Origin: a virus
Taxonomy: Duplodnaviria > Caudoviricetes
Virus record (IMG/VR): IMGVR_UViG_3300011334_000212
Coordinates: 1 to 24,066 of that record
DNA: 24,066 nucleotides
Reading direction: 5' to 3' (one strand)
Made by a program: the position numbers and the translations under genes. Positions 1-7,553 of the stretch are shown here, in pieces. How positions within the stretch are numbered: position 1 is the stretch's first letter; every line of letters starts with the position of its first letter. The notes beneath the pieces were generated by a model. The model searched no databases, was not told where the DNA came from, and saw only the letters and a program-made list of their open reading frames with translations.

Positions 1-181
1 GCTTTGGCTGTGCCAAGGCTTTTTTGATGGCGGCGGCAGCACCCGCCTCATACCCGCAGCGGTAAGAATATGCCTCTGCAACCTCACTGGTATAGGTTTG
101 TGTGTCATCGTCCTCGTCCCTCGCTGCTCGGCGCTTGGCTTCTGCCTCGATCCTCTTAAATTCGCTGTCTTCGGTGTTCAT
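1..181 (-). CDS. Hypothetical phage protein, truncated by window edge (MNTEDSEFKRIEAEAKRRAARDEDDDTQTY...ALAQPK)
   Basis: ATG at 181-179 overlaps the upstream TGA (ATGA); AGGAG Shine-Dalgarno just upstream; frame open to position 1. Not in ORF track. Confidence 0.75.
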   Translation of the reverse strand, partial: MNTEDSEFKRIEAEAKRRAARDEDDDTQTYTSEVAEAYSYRCGYEAGAAAAIKKALAQPK

Positions 182-474
182 GCTCCTAGCCTTTCTCCGT
201 TTATGGCTTTGTGCAATGCAACTTTGCAAGCGAGATAGCCTGTTGTGTATTCACCCTGAAGGCTTGGCTCGGGTACTTGTCGCATCAGCCATAATAGGGC
301 TTCATATAGTTCGGGGGCAGCAGCAATCATCCTTGCGTTTTCAAGGCGGTTGTCAGGCAGGCGCTTGTCGTGTTGCGCCGATGCCAAGGGCTTGTACCCT
401 CCTGTACTGCCGGGGCCTTTTGCTGGGCGTATTGACGCCCCCCTGCTAGACCAAGGTGCTGGTGTGTGTTTCAT
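178..474 (-). CDS. Hypothetical phage protein with the common HTPxPW / NARxIAAAPEL motifs
   Basis: Likely start MKHTPAPW (ATG 474, ATGA overlap with preceding stop); NARMIAAAPELYEAL is a recurrent motif in small phage proteins. Confidence 0.8.
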   Translation of the reverse strand: MKHTPAPWSSRGASIRPAKGPGSTGGYKPLASAQHDKRLPDNRLENARMIAAAPELYEALLWLMRQVPEPSLQGEYTTGYLACKVALHKAINGERLGA

Positions 475-590
475 GTCATTCCCCACAAGAATCCCGCCAA
501 CGCTGCAATGCCAACCACAGCAAACAGCGCCAAAATTACCGTAGCAATTGCGTACATCCAGTTCGCCAACTCATAGTCATCATCACTCAT
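471..590 (-). CDS. 39-aa single-pass membrane peptide (MSDDDYELANWMYAIATVILALFAVVGIAALAGFLWGMT)
   Basis: Exactly fills the gap between two genes with ATGA overlaps at both ends; acidic N-terminus then a long hydrophobic stretch. Below ORF-track cutoff. Confidence 0.8.
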   Translation of the reverse strand: MSDDDYELANWMYAIATVILALFAVVGIAALAGFLWGMT

Positions 591-847
591 AACGTCACCT
601 TCCTTGTTTTGAGTCCCCTGTGCGTGTAGCACTGCACTGACCCATCATCTAGTAGTTTCCACCCAGCGTTCTCACCACACAGTGTTTGTATTGCTTTCTC
701 AAGTGTCTCTCGATCTATTTGCTCTGCTTTGTTTGCACGATAGGTAGCAGCAGCATCTTGTGCTGCTTCTATTTCAGAGGGCCAATCCAACATGTAGCTA
801 GTAGACAAGATTCCTGTTATTAGTAACACGAGCAATAAGTTTTTCAT
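587..847 (-). CDS. Hypothetical exported or membrane-anchored protein (N-terminal hydrophobic segment, C-terminal Cys pair)
   Basis: MKNLLLVLLITGIL N-terminus; CGENAGW...QC; ATGA overlaps on both sides. Confidence 0.75.
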   Translation of the reverse strand: MKNLLLVLLITGILSTSYMLDWPSEIEAAQDAAATYRANKAEQIDRETLEKAIQTLCGENAGWKLLDDGSVQCYTHRGLKTRKVTL

Positions 848-1146
848 TGCTTTACAAACACTCCATTTGGTAGTAAACTACCCTTGCGATTTTTGATTTG
901 CAGGTATGCCACTTCAAGGCAGTCAGTGAGATTGATGTCCAACAGGGCACACATATTGATCAAACAGACTACCGTATCCCCAATAGCATCTTTGATGTCA
1001 TTGGGGTTTTTTTTGAGTAAAGCATCTGCCAGTTCACCCATCTCTGAAATTGCTTTCATGTATTGAGCTTCTGGGGTAGAGTTGGGAATTATTTTTTTAG
1101 CTTCAGCCCATTGAATAATATGTAACTCTAGGTCAACAAAAGTCAT
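844..1146 (-). CDS. mazG: MazG-like nucleoside triphosphate pyrophosphohydrolase
   Basis: Start refined to MTFVDLE (ATG 1146, SD GGAG, ATGA overlap); motifs QWAEAK, SEMGEL, DAIGD, AYLQIKNRKG...GVFVK typical of phage MazG-like proteins. Confidence 0.88.
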   Translation of the reverse strand: MTFVDLELHIIQWAEAKKIIPNSTPEAQYMKAISEMGELADALLKKNPNDIKDAIGDTVVCLINMCALLDINLTDCLEVAYLQIKNRKGSLLPNGVFVKQ

Positions 1147-1364
1147 TTGTTTTCTCCAAGATTTGTTGGTTCTATTTCTACTACATCCAATTTTGTAATA
1201 AGTAAACCCTCTGAAGCTAGGTGGGTACTTAGGTAATACTTGAGTGCGTTCCACCAAGTATTACTAAAAACTAATCCTGCTATCTTACGTTGAGAAGTTA
1301 AAAAATTATCTTGTTGGTGACAAGTAATGGTAATTTTAAAAGTTTGTTTTGGTTCAATACTCAT
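1143..1364 (-). CDS. Hypothetical protein
   Basis: 73 aa, ATGA overlaps with both neighbours. Confidence 0.7.
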   Translation of the reverse strand: MSIEPKQTFKITITCHQQDNFLTSQRKIAGLVFSNTWWNALKYYLSTHLASEGLLITKLDVVEIEPTNLGENK

Positions 1365-1762
1365 ATGTGTTTCTTAATGTATTCTGTCCAAGTATTTGTG
1401 TCTGCAAAAACACAGGCTTCTAATTCTTTTTTCTTTGCCCACTCCAGGTAAGTAGTGTTACTTTTTTTAGAAAGCTTTTGATCCCTATAAAGTACATACA
1501 AAATTTGTATTTCTGGATGTTGCTCTTTAATAAACAAGGCTTTTTTTCTGTCTACTGCTGCCCATAAACCCTTGGTTTCTATGTAAACGTTCTTAGTAAC
1601 AGTAAAGTCAGGCGTATAAGTGTGGTTGCTTTCAGGCACAACATACTTAATCCTATCTTTTTCATATAAAAGTTTCCAACCTTTTGCTTCGCAAATAGTT
1701 TGAAATCTTTCTTCTAAGCCGCTTTTATAAATGTTGCTATTGTGTCTGCTTGGTTTTGCCAT
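1361..1762 (-). CDS. T7 gp3-like endonuclease I / Holliday junction resolvase
   Basis: Start refined to MAKPSRH (ATG 1762); YKSGLEE, YTPDF, IETKG, QHPE motifs of the endonuclease I family. Confidence 0.9.
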   Translation of the reverse strand: MAKPSRHNSNIYKSGLEERFQTICEAKGWKLLYEKDRIKYVVPESNHTYTPDFTVTKNVYIETKGLWAAVDRKKALFIKEQHPEIQILYVLYRDQKLSKKSNTTYLEWAKKKELEACVFADTNTWTEYIKKHI

Positions 1763-1764
1763 TG

Positions 1765-2496
1765 TTATTGTTCCGTAATTCCCCCTTTCGGGGGAAGTAC
1801 GAGTGTTGTTGTTGCCTCGCTCTGCGAGGTTGTTGTTGGTTGTGGCGGTTCCCAACTATCGTTGGGTTTTTGCCAGATATAAAGTAGTTTCATGTTAAGG
1901 TGGTATCTGCTGTCATCGTTATAGAGTGCTCTACAAGCTTCGTAGTATTCATCTGGAAACAGTTCTGAAAGGGCTTTTTCTGCTTTAACTGGTCCAATAC
2001 CTGAAACTCCAAAGATGTTGTCGCTTCTATCTCCAACCAAGCTTTGTATATACAAAGTTTTGAGTCCTTGATCATGAGTTACTTCTTGTGCTATTTTTTT
2101 AACAAAGTTATAGTGTTTTCCTGGTATTTGTAGCAAGTCCTTGTCTATACTGCAAATAGTAGTGTTACCACTTTCTTTGTCTTGGTCTATACCCAACTGA
2201 TCATCAGCCTCAAACCCCTCACAAATAAAAGCTCTGTGTTGTGTTACTAGGAACTCTCGTACTGCTTTCCAATGCTGTGGTCTAGTGTCTGGTCTATTGG
2301 CTTTGTATTCGCTTGATAGCTCCCTTCTAAAGTTGCTATCTCCTGTAAGATAAACGCTATAGCAATCGGATGCTGTGTCAGCAAGAATGTCTTGGATCAT
2401 CTGGTCAGCCCTTGCTAGGGCTACCCATTGCTCCTCTTTTTCTGCTGAAGCAGCAGCCCTATAGACTACGATATCACCATCTATAAGTGCCTTCAC
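1765..2496 (-). CDS. 5'-3' exonuclease (T7 gp6 / flap endonuclease family)
   Basis: LIDGD, YKANR, EADD, SIDKDL, GDRSDNIFGVSGIGPVKA (helix-hairpin-helix) motifs; GTG start. Confidence 0.93.
   Translation of the reverse strand: MKALIDGDIVVYRAAASAEKEEQWVALARADQMIQDILADTASDCYSVYLTGDSNFRRELSSEYKANRPDTRPQHWKAVREFLVTQHRAFICEGFEADDQLGIDQDKESGNTTICSIDKDLLQIPGKHYNFVKKIAQEVTHDQGLKTLYIQSLVGDRSDNIFGVSGIGPVKAEKALSELFPDEYYEACRALYNDDSRYHLNMKLLYIWQKPNDSWEPPQPTTTSQSEATTTLVLPPKGGITEQ
1779..1829 (-). promoter_or_regulatory. Two GC-rich hairpins embedded in the exonuclease 3' tail just upstream of the endonuclease start
   Basis: Minus strand CCTCGC-AGA-GCGAGG (1829-1815) and TTCCCCC-GAAA-GGGGGAA (1796-1779), flanked by CAA-rich spacers. 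Confidence 0.5.
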
Positions 2497-2741
2497 ACTT
2501 TAACCCTATAAAACAAAGCAAGCAATTGGAGGGTAGTTGCTGTAGGCATTTGGGTTTTCCAATAGTCATAGAAACTAGCAAGCTCTAACAAGTTTACTTT
2601 TAAAAGACTCATTGGTTGCTCTATTGTTGTTGTAGTTTCTAGTTTAGCAATCAAGTCTCCTACGTAAGTGTTCATTGGTTGCTGTATTGCTTTAACGACT
2701 TTTTTAGGACGACCAGGACCACGTTTAATTTCTGTTGTCAT
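2493..2741 (-). CDS. Small protein with N-terminal AT-hook (KRGPGRPKK), putative DNA-binding
   Basis: GRP core flanked by basic residues; GTGA overlap with exonuclease start. Confidence 0.7.
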   Translation of the reverse strand: MTTEIKRGPGRPKKVVKAIQQPMNTYVGDLIAKLETTTTIEQPMSLLKVNLLELASFYDYWKTQMPTATTLQLLALFYRVKV

Positions 2742-2754
2742 AATGTTTCTTTCT

Positions 2755-2925
2755 TTAAAATTCTAACTCTAATTGTTTCCACTCTTTGAGTGCTTTGTCT
2801 TCATCTTTTTGATGTCGTTCTTTAAGTACGGCTTCAATAAACAAACAAAAAGTTTTTAATTGCCTTGTGTTTTGTTTACGAAGCCAACTTTTAACCTCAT
2901 CAACTTGGGTCTTTTGCTTCTTCAT
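2755..2925 (-). CDS. 56-aa helical protein (MKKQKTQVDEVKSWLRKQNTRQLKTFCLFIEAVLKERHQKDEDKALKEWKQLELEF)
   Basis: Fills the otherwise empty 2742-2899 gap; ATG 2925 to TAA 2755; 26-nt overlap with upstream gene. Not in ORF track. Confidence 0.7.
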   Translation of the reverse strand: MKKQKTQVDEVKSWLRKQNTRQLKTFCLFIEAVLKERHQKDEDKALKEWKQLELEF

Positions 2926-3439
2926 TGTCTTCTTTTATTGCTTCTGCAAGATCAATGTCTCCTGCTGTATAAGCTTCAAACTTACGAGCAAAAGAAATTA
3001 CTAGGTCAAGGGTAGATATTTCTAAGTCAAAAGGTTTTCCACCACGAGCAGCAACATACAAGTCTGTAGCTCTAGCCAAAGCATTTTGTCTAACAATGGC
3101 ACGATCTCCATGCAAGGCAGGAATAGGAAACACTTTTTCTTTATAAGAGTTACCACTACTATAAGACCTAGTAGGCGATACAGTTGGAGTAGCAACAGTA
3201 GGAACACTACTAGGAGCAGAAGTTGCTTTACTAATAATATTCACTGCTTTAGTTTCTAGTCCGTAGGTTCCAGTACTAGCATCAAAATCAACTGTATAAC
3301 CTACCGCAATGTTGGGATTTTTAAACCCACACTTAATCCAAGATCCTCCTACTTTAAAAGAATAGGTGGGTTTTACACCAAACTTAGTAGAGACTTCTTT
3401 TATAGCAGTCTCTTCTACAATACCATTCATCATTGCCAT
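2900..3439 (-). CDS. Probable single-stranded DNA-binding protein
   Basis: Start refined to MAMMNG (ATG 3439, 1 nt after the pol stop); beta-rich N-terminal domain, S/T/P linker, acidic C-tail; lies between polymerase and exonuclease. Function inferred from context. Confidence 0.5.
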   Translation of the reverse strand: MAMMNGIVEETAIKEVSTKFGVKPTYSFKVGGSWIKCGFKNPNIAVGYTVDFDASTGTYGLETKAVNIISKATSAPSSVPTVATPTVSPTRSYSSGNSYKEKVFPIPALHGDRAIVRQNALARATDLYVAARGGKPFDLEISTLDLVISFARKFEAYTAGDIDLAEAIKEDNEEAKDPS

Positions 3440-3440
3440 A

Positions 3441-5396
3441 TTACATTTCTTCCATGTTAAACCAATTTGTACCGAACGATGCTCCTGCATTGAGCTTTAG
3501 AGCCAACGGCGTATTAAAAACCTTGTAAAAGTATTTGTCTGTGTCTTTTAAAGTGTCTGTTACCTCCAAAATAAATTGAACAATTGATTCTCTCTTCACA
3601 TCAAACACAAGAGAATCGTGGATGGTATTAACCATTTTTACATCTTCTCTGTTTTTGAATTTGTCAAAGATAACTCCCAACATCATTGGGACAATATCTC
3701 CTGTAGCTAATCCTTGAATAGGATAGTTCTTCAATTCTGTAGGACTAAAGTTGTATGTTCTTGAAGACCAAGAAGCATCATTGTAGTATTCTGTAAATAC
3801 AAACCTTCTTCCTGTTTCTGTTTTCCAAACACAAGTCCTATATTTATCAATCAAACCCTCTTTGTTTGTTAAGTAAGTAGAACAAGCTTCTACATCTTTT
3901 AGAAAGTTATTGTGCCAAGTTGCTACTGAAGGATACCTAGTATAAAAAACATCAATAAACTTTTTAGCTTCTTCTAAACTACAACCTGCTTGTTTACTAA
4001 TAGCTTTAGCACCTGCACCATAGATGAGTTGAAATGTTCTACCTTTAAATGGTTTTCTTTCTTCTTTTGTAGGCATCCTTCCAAACATTGCGTTGTATAA
4101 AGCACTATGAATATCTATACCACTTGTTATGTCTGCTATTAGTCGCATGTCCTTAGTAACATGAGCTAGAGCAACTACTTCTAACTGATTAAAATCAACC
4201 TCAACAAGTAAACCACCTTCATATCTTGAAGTAAAGATTTGTTTAATGGGATTGTTGCTTATGTTTTGTAAGTTAGGATTTGTAGATGATAGTCTTCCTG
4301 TTACTGTTGCTGTGTGGTTTAGTTTGCCGTGAATAAAGTTTCCAATAGTGTGATTGCCCAATCCTTTTACATAAGTAGATAGTTGTTTAGATAGTTCTCT
4401 ATACTCCAATAGCTTTTTAATAAGTTTTACAGTCTTAGAATCATGAGTATGGTCTAACATATTAGTAAGAACAGAATCATCAACAGATACTTGCCCTGTT
4501 TTTTCAGATACTTTATCTGGATCAGGGGTATATTTAATATGAGGTTTAATTACAAGTTCTTTATCTACTTGTTTGTATTTAGTATTTCCATTTTTATATG
4601 TACCCACTTCTTCTTTTACTTTTATTTTTTTAGTACCACCAAAGAAAAACTGACTCCATTGTTTAGGGCTGTTAATATCTTCAACACCCTTTAAAAGGGC
4701 ACACATTTCTTCTAGGTCTAATTTACACTCAACAAATTTATTGGCTACTTCTAGAGTGTAATCAGCAAACTTAGTTGTATCAATATGTAAACCATTAAAC
4801 ATCATCTCAGTTGTTGCATGTAATGCTTTCATCTGAGATTGAATTAAGTTTAATTGGCCTTGTTCTACAGCAAGGTCATACTGTAAACGTGCTATTTTTA
4901 ATGTGTTGTTTAAATCTTGTTTTAAATATGGTAAAAGTTCTTCTTTGGGAATCTTTTCAGAACCCAATCCAGCTTGAAAATACTTTTTAATTTTGTCATC
5001 TTTTACAGGTAAATCATATTTAATGGAAAGCTCATCTAAACTAGAAAATTTAATACGTTGACCATTGAGGATATACTCAGCCAATTGAGTATCCCAGATA
5101 CTCATTTTTTGTAAGTATGTTTTAAAGTCTGCACTCTCCTTGTACAAATACATTAAATCAAAAGATATATTGTGTCCACATAAAGTAGCAGTTTCATCAT
5201 ATTTATAGTTTTTTAGTTTTAAGTTGTGTTCAAATTCTTTGAAGTTTTCAAAGACCATTGACGCAAAGGGTATGTCTGCCATTCCAAACAATACAATCTT
5301 ATTGTCTGGGTGCATAGGATGTGCTAGTCCTATTTCTTCATTACCATTAAGTGTTGTCTCAACATCAATGGCTATAAATTTAAGTGTGGTACTCAT
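3441..5396 (-). CDS. polA: Family A DNA polymerase with 3'-5' exonuclease domain
   Basis: ExoI IDVET, ExoII GHNISFD, ExoIII YLKQD; TGRLSSTNPNLQN; motif A DFNQLE; motif B RKPFKGRTFQLIYG; motif C IHDS. Confidence 0.96.
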   Translation of the reverse strand: MSTTLKFIAIDVETTLNGNEEIGLAHPMHPDNKIVLFGMADIPFASMVFENFKEFEHNLKLKNYKYDETATLCGHNISFDLMYLYKESADFKTYLQKMSIWDTQLAEYILNGQRIKFSSLDELSIKYDLPVKDDKIKKYFQAGLGSEKIPKEELLPYLKQDLNNTLKIARLQYDLAVEQGQLNLIQSQMKALHATTEMMFNGLHIDTTKFADYTLEVANKFVECKLDLEEMCALLKGVEDINSPKQWSQFFFGGTKKIKVKEEVGTYKNGNTKYKQVDKELVIKPHIKYTPDPDKVSEKTGQVSVDDSVLTNMLDHTHDSKTVKLIKKLLEYRELSKQLSTYVKGLGNHTIGNFIHGKLNHTATVTGRLSSTNPNLQNISNNPIKQIFTSRYEGGLLVEVDFNQLEVVALAHVTKDMRLIADITSGIDIHSALYNAMFGRMPTKEERKPFKGRTFQLIYGAGAKAISKQAGCSLEEAKKFIDVFYTRYPSVATWHNNFLKDVEACSTYLTNKEGLIDKYRTCVWKTETGRRFVFTEYYNDASWSSRTYNFSPTELKNYPIQGLATGDIVPMMLGVIFDKFKNREDVKMVNTIHDSLVFDVKRESIVQFILEVTDTLKDTDKYFYKVFNTPLALKLNAGASFGTNWFNMEEM

Positions 5397-5399
5397 AAG

Positions 5400-6662
5400 T
5401 TACTCAAATCTTGCTCTAATAGGATCTATGTTTACTATGTATTGCCCATGACGTTCTGACTCAACTTGCTTTAATCCACCACCAGGAAGTTTGTTCTTAG
5501 GAACATTGATTGTTCTGAGCATTTCTTCTTCTGGACTCTTAGGTTCTTTAAATTTGCCTATGGTTACAACTGCATCTGCTTCCCCTGGCTTGTCTGTCTT
5601 AGATCCTCTAAGAGCATCCATTCCTATAAACGGTGGGTCTTTCATTTCTACTGCTGATGCAGACAGTTGTGATGCTGCAATTACCGGGCCATAGGTTCTA
5701 GCAAGTTCTCTAGCCCACTTGTAAATTTTTCCTAGGGTAATATCTTCTCTCTCAGCTTCTTTAAATCCACCAACTTTATCAAGTTGATCAAACACAATTA
5801 GTCCAGGATTTACTTCTCTAAATAAAGTTTCTAAGTCTCTTACATGGTTAGTGTCTTTAGTTACACGTATCATGTTCTTATTTCCCCCCATTAGGGCTTC
5901 ATATGATGTCATCGCTTTTTTAGAGTCAGCAATAATTGTTTTGGATTCCTGTCCTAAAGCAGCTTGAACAATGCGAAAGAACACTATAGAAGACTCTTCT
6001 TCGTTGTTTACCCAGACTACAGGACGATCTTTAGGCAGTTGTTGGGCAATGTAGCTGACCTCACTAGCTAGAAACGTAGTCTTTCCAACCTCTACTCTAG
6101 CAGCTACAATGATAAAGTTACCCAACCTGAGTGGCCCCAAAGACCTATTGAGCACATCTAAGCGCCATTCATAGCCACTGCTGCTTATTCTGTCTGCAAT
6201 ACTAGAAAGATCAGCACTGACAAACAACTCATCTTTTTCAATATAACGCTCTACTCTCTTGAGAGCATCAGTTGCTAAGATATGTACGTGCTCTAAGTCA
6301 CTAGAGCCTTCTTTAACTTTCTCACACTCGTCCATAATTTGAGCTAAATAGTCCAACTCAATAAGAGTTTTGACTACTTCTTCATGTGCATGGTGTGGTA
6401 CAAAATCTCTTGCTTTTGTTATGGTCATTCTCAACTTAACAAGTGCATCATCTGTTAATCTTTTGCTTTGATCTGCTATTAAAAACGCAGAAAAAGATTC
6501 CCAGTTAAAAATTGTAATGGAAGTAAATGTCTTGTAGTACTTGTCCATACCATCAAGAATAATATTAGTTTCTTTAACAACTACATGCGGCTTTATGTAG
6601 CGTCTATATTTTTGAAAGTTTTCTTTACTTTGAGAGCAAAGATAAATGCAGTCATAGTCCAC
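5400..6662 (-). CDS. DnaB-like (SF4) replicative helicase
   Basis: Walker A ARVEVGKTT, WVNNEE, Walker B LIVFDQLD, ASQLS, KNK; GTG start with SD AAGGA. Confidence 0.92.
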   Translation of the reverse strand: MDYDCIYLCSQSKENFQKYRRYIKPHVVVKETNIILDGMDKYYKTFTSITIFNWESFSAFLIADQSKRLTDDALVKLRMTITKARDFVPHHAHEEVVKTLIELDYLAQIMDECEKVKEGSSDLEHVHILATDALKRVERYIEKDELFVSADLSSIADRISSSGYEWRLDVLNRSLGPLRLGNFIIVAARVEVGKTTFLASEVSYIAQQLPKDRPVVWVNNEEESSIVFFRIVQAALGQESKTIIADSKKAMTSYEALMGGNKNMIRVTKDTNHVRDLETLFREVNPGLIVFDQLDKVGGFKEAEREDITLGKIYKWARELARTYGPVIAASQLSASAVEMKDPPFIGMDALRGSKTDKPGEADAVVTIGKFKEPKSPEEEMLRTINVPKNKLPGGGLKQVESERHGQYIVNIDPIRARFE

Positions 6663-6686
6663 TATGTTCCTTTGTTTAGTAACTGC

Positions 6687-7484
6687 TTAGTCTTCAAGCA
6701 GTTTAAGTAATTCTTTTGGAGAACATTCTTTAGGTTCTTTGTTGAAATTAAGAATAGCAATACAAACATTTTTAGAAAGAAAGTAAGTTAATTTTTTGTA
6801 AGTTTTTTCTGCTCCCATATTTCCCGCTTCATCAGGATCAAGCCAAATAAATACATGTGTAAAGGCAAGGTCGTAGATCTCTCGTAGTGTTTTATCTGAA
6901 AGAGTTGTTTTGAGTAATGCAACAGAACTAAACTTGGTATCTTTGTTAATTCTATAAGCACTCAAGTAATCTTCTGTTATAACCAAGGTTTTGTTTTGGT
7001 TATAAAACCAAGCTGCATCTCCTGTGTTTGAGTTGCTATAGTAGTAAGTTAGGTATTTGGGTACTGCTCCTTTAGTTAGATTTCTTATTTGTAAACCAGT
7101 AAGATTGTTTTCACAGTCATACAAACTAAGAGCAACTTTATTTTGTTCTCCTACGATACCATCAAAGTTTTTATGTGCTGGATCACAGTAGTACTTACAC
7201 AACCAGATTTTGCCTTCAATAGATAGCTCAGTAACATTTGGTTTAGCATTAACTTTTGCTTTAGCATTTGTTTTAAAAAGCCAACCAGACAGCCTGTTTT
7301 CTAGGTCTGTAGCATACCCAGACTCACCGCAATGGTGGCAATAAGCAACCAAACCAGTTTGAGTACGCTTAATATACAACCTACGTTTAGTATCTTGACC
7401 AAAAGAACAGTTGGTGTGGTTGACATGCAACTGTTGCCCTATGTTATTAGGAGCGTTTTCTAGTATGAACTTACGGTCTATCAC
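6687..7484 (-). CDS. DNA primase (N-terminal zinc finger + TOPRIM)
   Basis: HTNC...CHHC zinc ligands; VITEDYLSA and IWLDPDEAG TOPRIM motifs; adjacent to helicase. Confidence 0.88.
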   Translation of the reverse strand: MIDRKFILENAPNNIGQQLHVNHTNCSFGQDTKRRLYIKRTQTGLVAYCHHCGESGYATDLENRLSGWLFKTNAKAKVNAKPNVTELSIEGKIWLCKYYCDPAHKNFDGIVGEQNKVALSLYDCENNLTGLQIRNLTKGAVPKYLTYYYSNSNTGDAAWFYNQNKTLVITEDYLSAYRINKDTKFSSVALLKTTLSDKTLREIYDLAFTHVFIWLDPDEAGNMGAEKTYKKLTYFLSKNVCIAILNFNKEPKECSPKELLKLLED

Positions 7485-7504
7485 TAGTTTCTTTCTTAAA
7501 GCTC

Positions 7505-7538
7505 AAAATAAATAGCCCTCCATTACTATGGAAGGCTA
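7505..7538 (-). terminator. Intrinsic terminator after the AAA+ gene
   Basis: Minus strand UAGCCUUCCAU-AGUA-AUGGAGGGCUA then UUUAUUUU; the U-G pair forms only on the minus strand. Confidence 0.8.
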
Positions 7539-7553
7539 TGTGGTTTTGTAGTT

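Noticed and set aside
844-5396. Z-genome (2-aminoadenine) system suggested by MazG plus PolA
   Set aside because: No purZ or datZ in the window; a MazG-like gene alone is common.
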